Shown: one piece after another, positions 62,396 through 64,000 of the stretch
Layout: every line of letters starts with the position of its first letter
How positions within the stretch are numbered: the first letter of the stretch is position 1
Assembly: GCA_965213625.1 (NCBI GenBank)
Contig: CBDBZU010000004.1
Location: 448,001 to 512,000, forward strand
Length of the DNA stretch: 64,000 bases
Origin: a bacterium
GTDB taxonomy: Bacteria; UBA8248
Direction of reading: 5' to 3'
The notes under the pieces: model-generated
The model's database searches: none
Seen by the model: only the letters and a program-made list of their open reading frames with translations
What the model was told of the DNA's origin: nothing
Translations under genes and position numbers: made by a program

Positions 62396-64000
62396 GTAAC
62401 CATTCGGTCGTATGGTGATGGTGTCCGCGTAGCTCATCACGGACATTCGAAGAGATTCCCCTGATGCTCTGGTAACATCTTTCGGCATGTGGCAAACAAG
62501 TCGGCATGAGGATGCTCGCAGAAGATGTTCAGGCGGAAGATTCGTTGGTCGAGAGGCCGGATGAGCCATGGCCTCATTCCCCTGATTTGTCCACAACCGC
62601 AGAGGCGTACTGGCGTTCGCAGTACGAGCGCGAGCGTGCGCGCGCGGAGGAGGCGGAGGCTCGCTGCGAGGAGTTGCGGGGTAAGGAGGTGGCTTCGCGC
62701 GCGCGGGCGGGTTCGCTGAAGTGGTGTCTCGACAACTGCCGGAGAAAGCTTGCCGCGCGCGTCAAGAAGTTGAAGGAAGTCCGCCGCGCCGCGAAGCAGG
62801 ACGTCCAGGCGCTGGAAGCGGAAGTGGCTCGACAGGAGAAGCTTCTTCGCAAAGCCGGTGTCGAGCCGGGGGAGCGCAGCCCGCTCGAGTCGCTGCGCAA
62901 GGAGGTCGCCCGGTTGAACAAGGCTCTCTCGGGCGCGTTGCCACCGAAGGAGGCCGCGCGGCTGCGCCGGGTCGTGGAGAAGCGGGCGAAGACGATAGAG
63001 TCTCTTCGCGAGGAGCTTGAGGGGCGGGAGAAGGATGTCGTCCGTCTGAAGGATCGGCTGGCGTGGGAGAAGCTGGAGACAGCGGATCACAAGAAGACTA
63101 TTCAATATCGTGAAGAGGAGCTTATCCGGCTCTACGGGAAGTTGCGGGAATCGCGCGACGAGTTGCGTGTCTCGCTCCGGGCCGCAGGCAGAGTGAAGGA
63201 GGGGCTGAAGGAGCGGCTGTTGCGCGCGAAGGAGGCGGCGTGCTCGAGGACGCCTCGTTCGGACGAGGCGCTTCGCAAGGCCCTGGGGAGGTCGCGGCGT
63301 CAGAAGACGGCGCTCGGGTCCCTGACCAGGGAGAACGCGCGGTTGCGCCGTGCACTACGCAAGTCGGAGACCCGCCGGGCGCGGCTGGAGGCCGAGCTCG
63401 CGAAGCTTCGCGCCACCGGAGCGGTGCTGGCGAGGAGGCTGTTCGGGCGCAGGAGCGAGCGGCAGGAGAAGCCGCGCTCGGAGCGCAGGCGCGGCGGGCA
63501 GCCCGGTGCCCGGGGCCATGGCCGCACCCCGCGGCCCGCGCTCGGGGAGAGGACCGAAGTCCGCAACCCGCCGCCCGGTGCGCGCGTCTGCGCCGGTTGC
63601 GGGCGGCCCTACGCGGCGAACGGCGCGCGTGTATCGAGTATCGTCGAGATTGAAGTCTCGGCCTACAGGCGCGTCATCCACCGTCCGAGGTGGCGTCGGG
63701 GGTGTGAATGCGCATCGTCTCCGGTGGAAGTGTCGGCGCCGCCCGCCCCGCGCCTGTTCACGGGCACGGCTTACGGGACGAGCGTGTGGGCGCGCTTCCT
63801 GTTCGAGCGCTACGCCTGCTTCCGCCCGCTCAATCGCGTCGCCGCGTGGTTGTCGGACCAGGGGCTTGCCGTCTCGGCGGGGACGCTGGGCGACAGCGCG
63901 CACCGCTTCACGCCGCTCTTCGATCCGGTGGCTGCGGCGACCCTCGCCCGCCAGAACGAGTCGCAGTTGCGCCACGGGGACGAGACAACGTGGCGCATCC
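62396..64000 (+). mobile_element. IS66-family element, partial; transposase ORF from ~62506 runs off the window
   Basis: Candidate IRL GTAACCATTCGG at 62396; LFGRRSE, GGQPG..GHGR, CxxCG, HGDETTW motifs in one open frame. Confidence 0.85.

Overview
High-GC bacterial chromosome segment. Bases 1-33.9 kb are mostly housekeeping and catabolic genes: CoA transferase and crotonase, tRNA-Pro(UGG), TAXI-TRAP and TTT transporters, lhgO, an ArsS-like radical SAM, MlaA, a divergent PlsY, citrate synthase, a complete polyamine operon, glutaredoxin and an HpaB/AbfD-family flavoprotein, with dispersed REP-like palindromes. An AhpD/CMD protein has an in-frame CxxU TGA followed by a SECIS-like hairpin, so it is probably a selenoprotein. 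From about 34 kb the window is accessory DNA. A ~28-kb block is bracketed by two inverted, mostly synonymously diverged copies of the 3' end of one host gene, and each copy is immediately followed by a low-GC defence cassette: GmrSD-like on the left, SIR2-NTPase-TPR-OB plus GmrSD-like on the right. Inside the block are a secreted ankyrin protein, a coupled pair of tyrosine integrases, cargo and pseudogenes, a conjugative leading-region-like module (Zn-ribbon repeat protein, ssb, DUF4326, SLOG, ssDNA-promoter-like hairpins, candidate oriT, RHH protein), an ART-like gene and an MTase-REase pair. An IS66 runs off the right end. Several frameshifts lie in A-runs and may be sequencing errors. Family calls come from motif recognition only; no database search was run.
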